Below, in pieces: positions 8,593 to 17,871 of a DNA stretch of 32,000 nucleotides; position 1 is the stretch's first letter; each line of letters opens with the position of its first letter. The translations under genes and the position numbers were made by a program. This DNA comes from Coprobacillaceae bacterium (lineage in GTDB: Bacteria; Bacillota_I; Bacilli_A; Erysipelotrichales; Coprobacillaceae): positions 630,001-662,000 of the forward strand of contig OY780959.1 in the NCBI GenBank assembly GCA_963675915.1, given 5' to 3'. The notes beneath the pieces are model-generated. The model had not been told where the DNA came from and ran no database searches. It saw only the letters and a program-made list of their open reading frames with translations.

Positions 8593-10575
8593 ATGAAAAA
8601 ACGACTGATGATGTTGCTTTTTTGCTTCACCATTGTCGCTGCCTCGGTTGCCAGTGCCCATATTCTGGTGACTGGGAAAGATGACAAGTATATCGAGAGT
8701 CAATCACAGATATACTATGATATGCTCGGCCACGATGCCATCAACTATGCTTTTAGCACTTATTGGCAAATGGCCATTGAAGAAAATGGCGTTTCGGATG
8801 ACAATGAAGCTCATAATGAATTGAGCGAGTTTTACAATCAGCTGACGATCAACCCGGTCATCAGATACGAAGCTCAGTATCTTTCAAGCGACAATACCAT
8901 CTCCAATTTTGCCGATGGATACTATGTCAATGAGATATTACTGAGTTTCGATGACCAAGGTAATCTGGATGTCTGGCGCGGTAAAGATCATTTCGAATTC
9001 GGTTTTGCCGCCTATGCGACCCGTCTGGATATCGGAGAAGGTCAGTTTCGCACCATTGAACTGGCTCCCAAGAATTTCAGTATCCGGTTTGCCCAAAGTG
9101 TTGATTATCAGGGGAACTTCATTGCCGGAAACAGCTTCCAGAAATCCGGAATTGATTTTCTTCAGGAAAATCTGATTGAATATGCAACTATCATTGTGAT
9201 AGTTGCAATGATTGCCCTGATTGTCGGCTATCGCAATCTCTATGAAAACTATGTGTTCAAGATTGTTTTGAGTATTCCCACCGAGGTCTTGATACTGCTT
9301 TATGCGGAAACCGGATTGGTATGGTACTATTTCACTGAATATATCCTGGTCAATATCGTGACCCTGCATATGGCCAATAATGTTCCTTATTTGGTGACGT
9401 TTGGCAGTCATTTCTTTATTTTGCTGGTATTTTTCATTTTCTTTACCATGGAAATGTATGCCATCTTCTACCTGAAGTACTACATCATCGAAGGAATTGG
9501 CAATAATTTCAAAAAACACAGTCTTATTTACCGCATCGGCAAAGCACTGTACCGCTTTGTTTACCGCTTTATGACTATCGATGTCCGTCGGGCGGTCTAT
9601 CGCCAGATGATCAATTCGGCCGTAATCAGTATTTCAGCCCAAACCATTTTCATCCTGCTGGTCTGGCGCTATAGCGATCTGGTTTTATTATGGATGGCGA
9701 TCATGCTTTTTTTGAACATCGTCTATTTCAAGATGTTCCGTAAAAGGGTCAACGGCTATATCAAGGAGCGAAAACAAACCTATGATTTCATCATGGGACT
9801 TTGTGAGAATGATTTCAACCTGGAACTTGATCCGGCCACGTTGAACTATGAACTTGTCAAGGTGCTTGACCGACTCAAAAAATCATATCAAAAAGCAATT
9901 GACAAGGAAGTTGCGGCCAACAACATGCGGACCGAACTGATTTCCAATGTCTCCCACGATCTCAAAACGCCACTGACATCGATCATCACCTATATCAATC
10001 TGGTGAAGATGGACTGCAAGCCCGAATATCTCGATGTTCTGGATAAAAATGCCAATAAACTCAATCGGCTGATTGAGGATATGTTTGAAATGGCCCGGGT
10101 CAATACCGGCGACATTGAACTGACCTTGTCACGGATCAACATCAAAGAGTTGATCAACCAGATTCTTTTTGAGTTTGATCAGGATTTCGAGGCTAACGGT
10201 CTCGTGGTCAAAAAGGCCGGTTTTGACCGGAATGTCTATCTAAATCTTGATGCCAATAAAACGGCCCGGATCTTCGAGAACATCTGCAACAATATCATCA
10301 AATATGCCATGGGTGACTCGCGAGTTTTTGTCGACCTTGATGAGGATGATGAGAAAGTCGTGATTGCTTTCAAAAATGTTTCCAAGTATGAACAGCAACT
10401 CGAAGGAAGCCGCCTGCTTGAACGTTTTGTCCAGGGCGATCTGGCCAGAACCAATGGTGGAAGCGGTCTGGGACTGGCAATTGTTAAAAGCTTCGTGGAG
10501 ATGCAAGGAGGCAATGTCGATGTCGAAATCGACGGCGATCTCTTCAAACTGACCATAATATTTTTTAAACAGTAA
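8593..10575 (+). CDS. Sensor histidine kinase (HisKA/HATPase_c) with a large N-terminal extracytoplasmic region and a multi-TM block
   Basis: H-box ELISNVSHDLKTPLTSI, N-box NNIIKYA, and G-boxes GGSGLGLAIVK. The N-terminus has a signal/TM segment, about 170 aa of unrecognised soluble sequence, then about 5-6 TM helices. The start is 1 nt after the RR stop. Confidence 0.9.
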   Translation: MKKRLMMLLFCFTIVAASVASAHILVTGKDDKYIESQSQIYYDMLGHDAINYAFSTYWQMAIEENGVSDDNEAHNELSEFYNQLTINPVIRYEAQYLSSDNTISNFADGYYVNEILLSFDDQGNLDVWRGKDHFEFGFAAYATRLDIGEGQFRTIELAPKNFSIRFAQSVDYQGNFIAGNSFQKSGIDFLQENLIEYATIIVIVAMIALIVGYRNLYENYVFKIVLSIPTEVLILLYAETGLVWYYFTEYILVNIVTLHMANNVPYLVTFGSHFFILLVFFIFFTMEMYAIFYLKYYIIEGIGNNFKKHSLIYRIGKALYRFVYRFMTIDVRRAVYRQMINSAVISISAQTIFILLVWRYSDLVLLWMAIMLFLNIVYFKMFRKRVNGYIKERKQTYDFIMGLCENDFNLELDPATLNYELVKVLDRLKKSYQKAIDKEVAANNMRTELISNVSHDLKTPLTSIITYINLVKMDCKPEYLDVLDKNANKLNRLIEDMFEMARVNTGDIELTLSRINIKELINQILFEFDQDFEANGLVVKKAGFDRNVYLNLDANKTARIFENICNNIIKYAMGDSRVFVDLDEDDEKVVIAFKNVSKYEQQLEGSRLLERFVQGDLARTNGGSGLGLAIVKSFVEMQGGNVDVEIDGDLFKLTIIFFKQ

Positions 10576-10598
10576 ACGGGGCCAAGTCCCGTTTTTTT
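10574..10598 (+). terminator. Rho-independent terminator after the histidine kinase
   Basis: AAACGGG-gccaagt-CCCGTTT followed by a T-run (TTTTTTTG). It overlaps the TAA stop. Confidence 0.7.
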
Positions 10599-10648
10599 GT
10601 TCAAGTAATCTGTCATAAGCGCCTGTATATCATTGATAGGAGGTAAAT

Positions 10649-12643
10649 ATGAAAAAAATCAACTATTTTCGCCAGGATGAAAAACAAAGCTGCGGCAGTT
10701 ACTGTATAGCGATGATCCTCGATTACTATCATCGTGGGGACGATATCACCAATATCAAAAAGCAGGCCCGTGAAAGCCATGAAGGGGTAAGGGTGGACAA
10801 CCTGGTCAAAACACTTAAAAACTACAATATTCTCGCCAAGGCCTATTTCACTGATTTCGAGCACCTTGAACAAGAAGCAACGCTGCCGTGTATCGTCATG
10901 GTCGAAAATGAAGAGGGCAACCATTATGTGGTCTTGTTCAAAATAAAGCGCAAGACTGTGCTTCTAGGTGACCCGCAATTTGGCAAAGTGGTCATGACCC
11001 GGGAACGCTTTGTCAAAATCTTCCAGAAAGTGGTGGTCAATATCGAACATGTCGGAAGATGCCACAGCTCAAACAAAAGCGAAAGTCTGATGGGTCATTT
11101 ACTGCAAAGTTTCCAATATCACTGGCTGGCGAATGTCAAACTGGCGGGAACTTCACTTATGATCGCCCTGATCACTTTGGCAATCTCATATTTATTCAAT
11201 CGTATATTCACCACCGGGGAAAATCGGGAAACGTTACTGGTATTTTTGACGGTGCTGGTGGTCATCACCACTATCAAGGCCATCATCTCTTTGCTAAGGG
11301 CCCGGATCAGAATCACACTGGAGATGGAAATGAAAAAGCGTTATCTCCTCGACACCGCGACTAATCTGGTCTATCTTGACAATTATCGCTATACCAGCCT
11401 CAAAAACGGTCCAACCCTGGCCAAACTGAAAAACCTCGAGTCCTTAGGACGGGTATTGGTCGAACTTCAAGCCACTTTGGTTTTTGATTTGGTTTTGGTT
11501 GTAGTGATGTTCGGGGCAATCGGACTGGTGTCGGGCTGGCTGCTACTTGGTCTGATTGTCATGGTTGGTTTGGTTGGCTATTACTTGACTGGACAAGTCG
11601 AACCACTGCGGTTACTCGATGGTGATCTTGTTAACAGTCAGGAAAATCTGATGGAAGACCAACTGGAACTGCTGGAAAATTTCCACAATATCAAACAATA
11701 CCGGATGAACCGTTTTATCAAGCGGAAAATCAATTACCATTTCCAGCGTTTTTTGAATGAGTTTGAAGATAAAACCGAACTGGAGGCTAAACTGGCGGTT
11801 TTGGTGGAGCTTATGGTCAGTTTGATGGCTTTGATTTTGATTGGTATTAGCGGCTATGTTCTGGATGACCATGACAATCTGGTTTTGGTCTACCTGCTTT
11901 TTTCGTTTGCCATCAACCCGGTCTTGAACCTGATCAATATGACTGTCAACTATCAGGAGCTCAAGGTGATTTTCGCCAAATACCGCCAACTGGTTCCGCC
12001 CCCACCTGAAAAGAAGCGCAATTTTAATGAAAAAATCCAATCGATAGAATTCCACAATGTTTCCTTTGGTTATCTAAGCGAACCGGTGCTTAGTAATTTT
12101 TCCGGACAAATAAGCAAATCGACCATCATCACCGGCTCGGTAGGCAGCGGCAAGACAACCCTGTCAAAACTGATTTGCTGTGAACTGCGGCCGGATTCAG
12201 GTGAAATCCTATTCAACGGCAAAAGCAGCAGCGCCTACCAGGAAAAATCAATCCGGACCAAAATCAAATATCTGGCCAAAGATCCGGTGTTTTTCAATGA
12301 GACTCTGACCTACAATTTGCTGCTTGGATGCCAAGAAAAGGAAGCTGAATGTCATGAACTGCTCTGTCTGTTCAACCAGCGAGATTTGCTAGAATATCTT
12401 GATTACCCTGTCAATAGCGGGCTGCTTTCGGCGGGGATGGCCCAAATTGTGATGCTGATCAGGACCTTGCTTAGCGGGGTGGAAGTGCTTATTCTCGATG
12501 AAGCAATCAGCAATGTCGATGCCAAAACGACCGCGATAATTCTGGGATATTTGAAAACACAGGATTTTATCACCGTAATGATCACTCATCATACAAATTT
12601 AGTGAATTTTGAAGATGAATGTGCTAAAATTGTGGTAAAATAA
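10649..12643 (+). CDS. Peptidase-containing ABC transporter (PCAT): C39 cysteine-peptidase domain + 6-TM ABC exporter domain + ATP-binding domain
   Basis: C39 motifs: RQDEKQSCGSYCIAMIL (Q9, C15), NHYVVL (H92), LGDP (D108). About 6 TM helices lie between res 165 and 430. Walker A GSVGSGKT (496-503), Walker B VLILDEA (613-619), H-loop ITHH. The signature and Q-loop are degenerate (see findings). Confidence 0.88.
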   Translation: MKKINYFRQDEKQSCGSYCIAMILDYYHRGDDITNIKKQARESHEGVRVDNLVKTLKNYNILAKAYFTDFEHLEQEATLPCIVMVENEEGNHYVVLFKIKRKTVLLGDPQFGKVVMTRERFVKIFQKVVVNIEHVGRCHSSNKSESLMGHLLQSFQYHWLANVKLAGTSLMIALITLAISYLFNRIFTTGENRETLLVFLTVLVVITTIKAIISLLRARIRITLEMEMKKRYLLDTATNLVYLDNYRYTSLKNGPTLAKLKNLESLGRVLVELQATLVFDLVLVVVMFGAIGLVSGWLLLGLIVMVGLVGYYLTGQVEPLRLLDGDLVNSQENLMEDQLELLENFHNIKQYRMNRFIKRKINYHFQRFLNEFEDKTELEAKLAVLVELMVSLMALILIGISGYVLDDHDNLVLVYLLFSFAINPVLNLINMTVNYQELKVIFAKYRQLVPPPPEKKRNFNEKIQSIEFHNVSFGYLSEPVLSNFSGQISKSTIITGSVGSGKTTLSKLICCELRPDSGEILFNGKSSSAYQEKSIRTKIKYLAKDPVFFNETLTYNLLLGCQEKEAECHELLCLFNQRDLLEYLDYPVNSGLLSAGMAQIVMLIRTLLSGVEVLILDEAISNVDAKTTAIILGYLKTQDFITVMITHHTNLVNFEDECAKIVVK

Positions 12644-12660
12644 TAAATAAGGTGATGAAT

Positions 12661-13122
12661 ATGGAAATAGATTTAGCATTAATCAGCCAGGTGGAGACAA
12701 TCAAAGATGAATATGAAAAAGATCTTAATGATATTGTGGCGACCGCCTGTGAAATATTGAATATTAACGAGGATATCGAACTTTCTTGCATTATCGTTGA
12801 CGTCGACAAGATTCATGAAATCAACCGGGATTATCGCAAACTTGACCGTCCGACAGACGTGATTTCATTTGCCCTTGAGGACAGTGAACAGATTGTCGGA
12901 CCGAATCTGCGGGCATTGGGCGATATTTTCATTTGTGATGAGTATGTCTTCAATCAGGCCCGAGAATACGGTCATTCAACCCGTCGGGAGTTCTGCTTTT
13001 TATTCACTCATGGTCTGTTGCATCTTTTGGGCTACGACCATATGGATGAAACTGAAGCTGAGGCGATGTACGAGATGCAAAACCGGATTTTGACGAAACT
13101 CAATATCGGAAGGGATGAATAA
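12661..13122 (+). CDS. ybeY: rRNA maturation endoribonuclease YbeY
   Basis: Zn motif HGLLHLLGYDH and TDVISF. I prefer the ATG at 12661 (AAGGTG SD about 7 nt upstream) over the track's GTG at 12652. Confidence 0.92.
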   Translation: MEIDLALISQVETIKDEYEKDLNDIVATACEILNINEDIELSCIIVDVDKIHEINRDYRKLDRPTDVISFALEDSEQIVGPNLRALGDIFICDEYVFNQAREYGHSTRREFCFLFTHGLLHLLGYDHMDETEAEAMYEMQNRILTKLNIGRDE

Positions 13123-13524
13123 ATGGATTATAAAAATTTGATCGAAGTTGCCAAAAAAGCAGCGGCCAACAGTTACAGCCCGTACTCGAACTTTGCAGTC
13201 GGGGCAGCCGTGCTGCTTGGTGATGGCAAGACCATCATGGGAACCAATGTCGAAAATTCGGCTTTTGGTTCAACCATCTGTGCTGAACGCAGCGCCATGG
13301 TCGGAGCGATATCGGCCGGATATGACCCCAGTGATATCAAGGCTTTGGCAATCTACCATGACGGTGACGAGATTATCAGACCTTGCGGCTCTTGCATCCA
13401 GGTGATGGTGGAGTTGCTGGGCAAAGAAGGAATAGTTATCATGGCCTCAAACAGCGGCTATGATGTAAGAGAAGTAATTGAATTAATACCATACGCTTTT
13501 TCAAAGGAGTTTTTAGATGTTTAA
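13123..13524 (+). CDS. cdd: Cytidine deaminase
   Basis: Zn-binding motifs CAERSA and PCGSCIQ. Length 133 aa. The start abuts the ybeY stop. Confidence 0.92.
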   Translation: MDYKNLIEVAKKAAANSYSPYSNFAVGAAVLLGDGKTIMGTNVENSAFGSTICAERSAMVGAISAGYDPSDIKALAIYHDGDEIIRPCGSCIQVMVELLGKEGIVIMASNSGYDVREVIELIPYAFSKEFLDV

Positions 13525-14407
13525 ATCAGGATTTGTATCAATAGTGGGACGTCCCAATGTCGGGAAGTCGACTTTACTAAATAATATTTTACAACTGAAA
13601 CTGGCGATCACTTCGAATGTGGCTCAGACTACCCGCAATACGATTCAGGGAATCTACAACCGTGATGATGCCCAAATCATCTTCATGGATACGCCGGGGA
13701 TCCACAAGCCTCAAGATAATCTGGGAGCCTTCATGAATACCACAGCGCTTAACAGTCTTTATGGGGTTGATGTGGTGTTGTTTGTCGCTCCGGCCGATGA
13801 AAAAATCGGTAAGGGAGACCAATTTATTGTCGAGAAGCTCAAACAGGTCGAAGGACCGAAGTTTCTGATTTTATCCAAGACCGATCTGGTGACCAAGGAC
13901 CAACTAGCCAAAAAACTGATGGAATGGCAGCAGTTGCTGGAGTTCACCGAAATCATTCCGATCAGCGCCAAAGCGGATCAGAATGTCGATGTCCTACTCG
14001 ATCAGGTTGTCAAGTATCTCCCTGAAGGAGTCAAATACTACCCTGATGAACATATCACCGACCATCCGGAAAAATTCATCGTTGCGGAGTTCATTCGGGA
14101 AAAAGTTCTTTACTTCACCCGTGATGAAGTACCTCACAGCATTGCCATCGTAATTGAAAGAATGCAGGAGATCGAGGGCGAAATGGAAATCATGGCTACA
14201 ATTGTGGTCGACCGCAACAGCCAAAAATCAATCATCGTCGGAAATCAGGGTAAGATGATCAAGAAGATCAGACTGAATGCCCGCAAGGACATCCGCCGTT
14301 TCCTGCAGATGCCGGTTTATCTGGAGTTGTTTGTCAAGGTTGAAAAGAATTGGCGCAACAAACCCAAGTATCTAAAAGAGTTCGGCTACAATGAAGACGA
14401 CTACTGA
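13517..14407 (+). CDS. era: GTPase Era
   Basis: G1 GRPNVGKST, G3 DTPG, G4 SKTD, and a C-terminal KH domain (IIVGNQGKMIKKI). There is an 8-nt overlap with cdd. Confidence 0.95.
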   Translation: MFKSGFVSIVGRPNVGKSTLLNNILQLKLAITSNVAQTTRNTIQGIYNRDDAQIIFMDTPGIHKPQDNLGAFMNTTALNSLYGVDVVLFVAPADEKIGKGDQFIVEKLKQVEGPKFLILSKTDLVTKDQLAKKLMEWQQLLEFTEIIPISAKADQNVDVLLDQVVKYLPEGVKYYPDEHITDHPEKFIVAEFIREKVLYFTRDEVPHSIAIVIERMQEIEGEMEIMATIVVDRNSQKSIIVGNQGKMIKKIRLNARKDIRRFLQMPVYLELFVKVEKNWRNKPKYLKEFGYNEDDY

Positions 14408-15128
14408 TTATGAGCTTGTCGAAGGGATTGTGATCAATGTCCGGCCTTATAAGGAAAACGACAGCATTGTCACCATCTACACCCGGGAGCTGGGAAAAAT
14501 CAGCTTTATTGGCAAGAGTCTTAAAAAGATTCTCAACAAGAACGCTTCCAGCTGCCTTTTGTTTTCGCTAAGCGAATTCACTTTGATTGTCAAAAAGGGT
14601 CTGTCCCGGATGATCAAAGCCCAAAATGTAAAACTGTACCGTTATATCCATGACGATATCGAAGCTCAGAGTTTCGGTTCGTATCTGCTTGAATATTTCT
14701 ACCGCTATGAAAGCGACAATGTCCCCAATGAACAGCTGTATGAAATTCTCAGGGATTCCCTGGAAGCCCTCAATAACGGGCATGATCCCAAACTGGTATA
14801 TTTGCTTTTCAATACCCATCTGCTGGATATTCTTGGCAGCAAGATCGAGGTTGACGGCTGTCATGTTTGCGGCGATACCCGGGTGGCGGGAATCTCGCTG
14901 GAGGGCGGATTTGTCTGTGAAAACCATCTTAAAGATGCCAGTGAAAGGCATTCGGGAGCTTTTTTGAAATCGTTTAGGCATATTTGTTTGCAAAATGTGA
15001 AAAACATTGATAATATAACGGTTGCGCAAGAAGATTATCTTGAATTGGTCAAGATTATTGATTATTATATTGAAGAGTATACCGGCATGAATTTCAAGTC
15101 GAAAAAATTTATCAATGAATTTATCTAA
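14391..15128 (+). CDS. recO: DNA repair protein RecO
   Basis: OB-fold N-terminus (EGIVINVRPYKENDSIVTIYT) and a Cys-rich Zn motif (CHVCG...C). It occupies the conserved position after era. The start overlaps the era end by 17 nt; the exact start was not verified. Confidence 0.85.
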   Translation: MKTTTDYELVEGIVINVRPYKENDSIVTIYTRELGKISFIGKSLKKILNKNASSCLLFSLSEFTLIVKKGLSRMIKAQNVKLYRYIHDDIEAQSFGSYLLEYFYRYESDNVPNEQLYEILRDSLEALNNGHDPKLVYLLFNTHLLDILGSKIEVDGCHVCGDTRVAGISLEGGFVCENHLKDASERHSGAFLKSFRHICLQNVKNIDNITVAQEDYLELVKIIDYYIEEYTGMNFKSKKFINEFI

Positions 15129-15139
15129 AAGGAGTACTA

Positions 15140-16957
15140 ATGAACGAATTATTACCAGTAACTAAAGAAGAAATAGAGGCGCTTGGCTGGAATGAAGTGG
15201 ACTTTGTTTTTATCAGCGGTGATGCTTATGTCGACCATCCTACATTTGGGATGGCTATTTTGGGAAGGATCCTGAGATCCCACGGATTCAAAGTGGCAAT
15301 CCTGTCCCAACCTGACTGGCACGACGTTGAAGAGTTCAGAAAATTTGGCAAGCCGCGATTGGGTTATCTGATTTCTTCAGGTAATATCGATTCGATGGTA
15401 AACCATTATACCGTAGCCAAAAAACGTCGTCATAATGATGTCTACACCCCGGGAAACATGGCTTTCAAACGTCCCGACCGGGCAACCATTGTCTACAGCC
15501 AAATGGCCCGCCAGGCGTACCGCGATGTGCCAATCATCATCGGCGGGATCGAAGCCAGCCTGAGAAGAATGGGTCACTACGACTATTGGTCGAACAAAGT
15601 CCGTAAGTCGATTATCATCGATGCCAATGCGGATCTGTTAGTGTATGGAATGGCTGAAAACATCATCGTCGATATCGCCCAGGCGCTTGACAGCGGACTC
15701 GATATCGAATATCTGACTTATCTTGATGGGACTGTCTACAAGACCAAGAACATCGATAATGTCTATGATGCCAAAATGCTGCCTTCCTATCAGGAAATCT
15801 GCGATGACAAGAAGGCCTATGCCAACAGTTTCTTGATTCAGTCGCAAAATACCGATCATTTCAAAGCTCAAACGCTGGTTGAAACTTATTCGGGATGGTA
15901 TGTTGTCCAAAACCGTCCGGCCCGTCCGTTGACTCAAGATGAGTTCGACTGGGCTTATGGTCTGGGCTATACCAGAAATCCCCACCCGATGTATCAACAG
16001 CATGTACCGGCAATCGATGAGGTCAAATTCTCGCTGATTTCCAACCGCGGTTGTTTTGGTTCCTGCAGTTTTTGCGCGATCACCTTCCATCAGGGAAGAA
16101 TCCTGCAGACCAGATCACATGAATCGATTATCAGTGAGGCCAAGGAGTTGATCCAGGACAAGGATTTCAAAGGTTATATCCATGATGTCGGCGGACCGAC
16201 TGCCAATTTCAGACATCCTAGTTGTCAAAAACAGCTGACCCAGGGGGTCTGTGTGACCAAACAATGTCTTCACCCCAAGGCATGTGGCAATCTGACAGTA
16301 AGCCATGGCGATTATCTCGATTTGCTGCGGACTTTACGGGAGTTGCCGGGAGTCAAAAAGGTCTTTGTCAGATCCGGTTTGCGTTATGATTACCTGATGT
16401 ATGACAAGGATGACACTTTCTTCAGGGAATTGGTGCAACACCATATTTCCGGACAGCTGAAAGTGGCGCCTGAACACATTTCCGATCATGTCCTGGACAT
16501 GATGGGGAAACCGCGTCGTGACCTCTATGAAAAGTTTGTCGATAAATACTATCGGCTCAATAAAGAATATAACAAGAACCAGTTTTTGGTCCCATATCTG
16601 ATTTCATCCCATCCGGGTTCCCGTCTGGAGGATGCCATCGAGCTTGCGGAATATCTGCGTGATATCCATCACCAGCCAAAACAGGTTCAGGATTTCTATC
16701 CGACTCCGGGGACATTGTCGACGACAATCTATTATACCGGAATCGATCCAAGAACGAACCAGGAAGTTTATGTACCAAGAAGTGCCAAAGAGAAAGCTAT
16801 GCAGCGGGCACTGATGCAATATAAAGATCCAAAAAATTATGATCTGGTTTACAGCGCCTTGACTCAGGCAAATCGTCAGGATTTGATTGGGTTTGGTCCT
16901 AAGTGCCTGATCAAACCGAGAACCAAAAAAAGTAATCGTTTGAAAAAAAGAGGATAA
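15140..16957 (+). CDS. ygiQ: YgiQ-family (UPF0313) radical SAM protein
   Basis: CxxxCxxC cluster motif GCFGSCSFCA. The N-terminal domain (DFVFISGDAYVDHPTFGMAILGR) and the lysine-rich C-terminal tail are typical of YgiQ. Length 605 aa. Confidence 0.85.
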   Translation: MNELLPVTKEEIEALGWNEVDFVFISGDAYVDHPTFGMAILGRILRSHGFKVAILSQPDWHDVEEFRKFGKPRLGYLISSGNIDSMVNHYTVAKKRRHNDVYTPGNMAFKRPDRATIVYSQMARQAYRDVPIIIGGIEASLRRMGHYDYWSNKVRKSIIIDANADLLVYGMAENIIVDIAQALDSGLDIEYLTYLDGTVYKTKNIDNVYDAKMLPSYQEICDDKKAYANSFLIQSQNTDHFKAQTLVETYSGWYVVQNRPARPLTQDEFDWAYGLGYTRNPHPMYQQHVPAIDEVKFSLISNRGCFGSCSFCAITFHQGRILQTRSHESIISEAKELIQDKDFKGYIHDVGGPTANFRHPSCQKQLTQGVCVTKQCLHPKACGNLTVSHGDYLDLLRTLRELPGVKKVFVRSGLRYDYLMYDKDDTFFRELVQHHISGQLKVAPEHISDHVLDMMGKPRRDLYEKFVDKYYRLNKEYNKNQFLVPYLISSHPGSRLEDAIELAEYLRDIHHQPKQVQDFYPTPGTLSTTIYYTGIDPRTNQEVYVPRSAKEKAMQRALMQYKDPKNYDLVYSALTQANRQDLIGFGPKCLIKPRTKKSNRLKKRG

Positions 16958-16961
16958 ATAA

Positions 16962-17870
16962 ATGAGAAATGAAGAAACTTATGTGGCAAGTGGAACTCAT
17001 GTCCACTTTGCGATTTATCTCCCCAAAATAATGATTCGCTATCGTGGTGTGGTTCAAATCCACCATGGCTTTGAAGAGCACCATGATCGCTATTTGAAAT
17101 TTGCGACTTATCTGGCCAACCAGGGTTACGTTGTGGTAACCACTGATTTTGCCGGACATGGGAGATCTCTGCGCAATTTCAACCAAGGCAACTTCGCAGA
17201 AGGGGATGCCACCATAACGCTGGTCGAGGATATGGAAAGACTCCGGGGCATCATTGCTTCCCGGTATCAGTCGATTCCGTATTTCATTATGGGATACCAG
17301 CTGGGATCATTGGTTTTGAAAAAATACATGGCCAAGTACGGCAACCAGATTGATGGAGCCATCTTGCTTGGCACCAACGGACAAAATCCGTTTGGTTCAT
17401 ATCGCGCGCTACTTAAGTTTTATTCACTATTTTCAAACGAAAACAAACAGAACAGTTTCATTCAACAACTGGTCCATCGCAAATTGTCCAAGTTGTCGAC
17501 TCCGACCACTTATCTCACCAGCGATGTCCTGCAGTTGAAAAATTATTATGACGATCCGTTCAATGATTTTGCCTACACAACCAAGGCATATAAGGAAATC
17601 ATCCGCATGCTTGATCAGACCGCCTCAACTAGTCTGATCAACAAGATTCCCAAAGAATTGCCGATTTTGATGCTTTCAGGCAAAGAGGACTTCTTCGGTG
17701 ATTACGGCAGAGGGGTTGAGTGGCTCTATCGGAACTTTAAAAAATCCGGAATCAAAGATATAAAAATGAAGGTATATTCGAAAATGAAAATGGATATTCT
17801 CCATGAAGAAGAGAAAAAAAGAGTGTACCGGGACATAACCAGTTGGCTAAATCGCCACACCTATCTATAG
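16962..17870 (+). CDS. Alpha/beta-hydrolase fold protein (lysophospholipase / monoacylglycerol-lipase-like) lacking the nucleophile serine
   Basis: HGFEEHHDRY (the family's HGxxEHxxRY motif), DFAGHGRS, and the nucleophile-elbow position FIMGYQLGS (normally GHSMGG). Asp (SGKEDFF) and His (DILHEEE) are retained. Confidence 0.75.
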   Translation: MRNEETYVASGTHVHFAIYLPKIMIRYRGVVQIHHGFEEHHDRYLKFATYLANQGYVVVTTDFAGHGRSLRNFNQGNFAEGDATITLVEDMERLRGIIASRYQSIPYFIMGYQLGSLVLKKYMAKYGNQIDGAILLGTNGQNPFGSYRALLKFYSLFSNENKQNSFIQQLVHRKLSKLSTPTTYLTSDVLQLKNYYDDPFNDFAYTTKAYKEIIRMLDQTASTSLINKIPKELPILMLSGKEDFFGDYGRGVEWLYRNFKKSGIKDIKMKVYSKMKMDILHEEEKKRVYRDITSWLNRHTYL

Positions 17871-17871
17871 T

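Noticed and set aside
8938-9519. 193-aa ORF antisense to the histidine kinase. Similar antisense ORFs lie at 1854-2411, 18237-18785, 21495-22034, 14568-15029 and 11612-12055
   Set aside because: All are nested in strongly supported genes on the opposite strand, lack start-site signals, and have shadow-frame composition.
10576-10648. Looked for a short bacteriocin or pheromone precursor gene just upstream of the C39-ABC exporter
   Set aside because: The 73-nt gap holds only the kinase terminator and the exporter SD, and no ORF with a GG-type leader fits.
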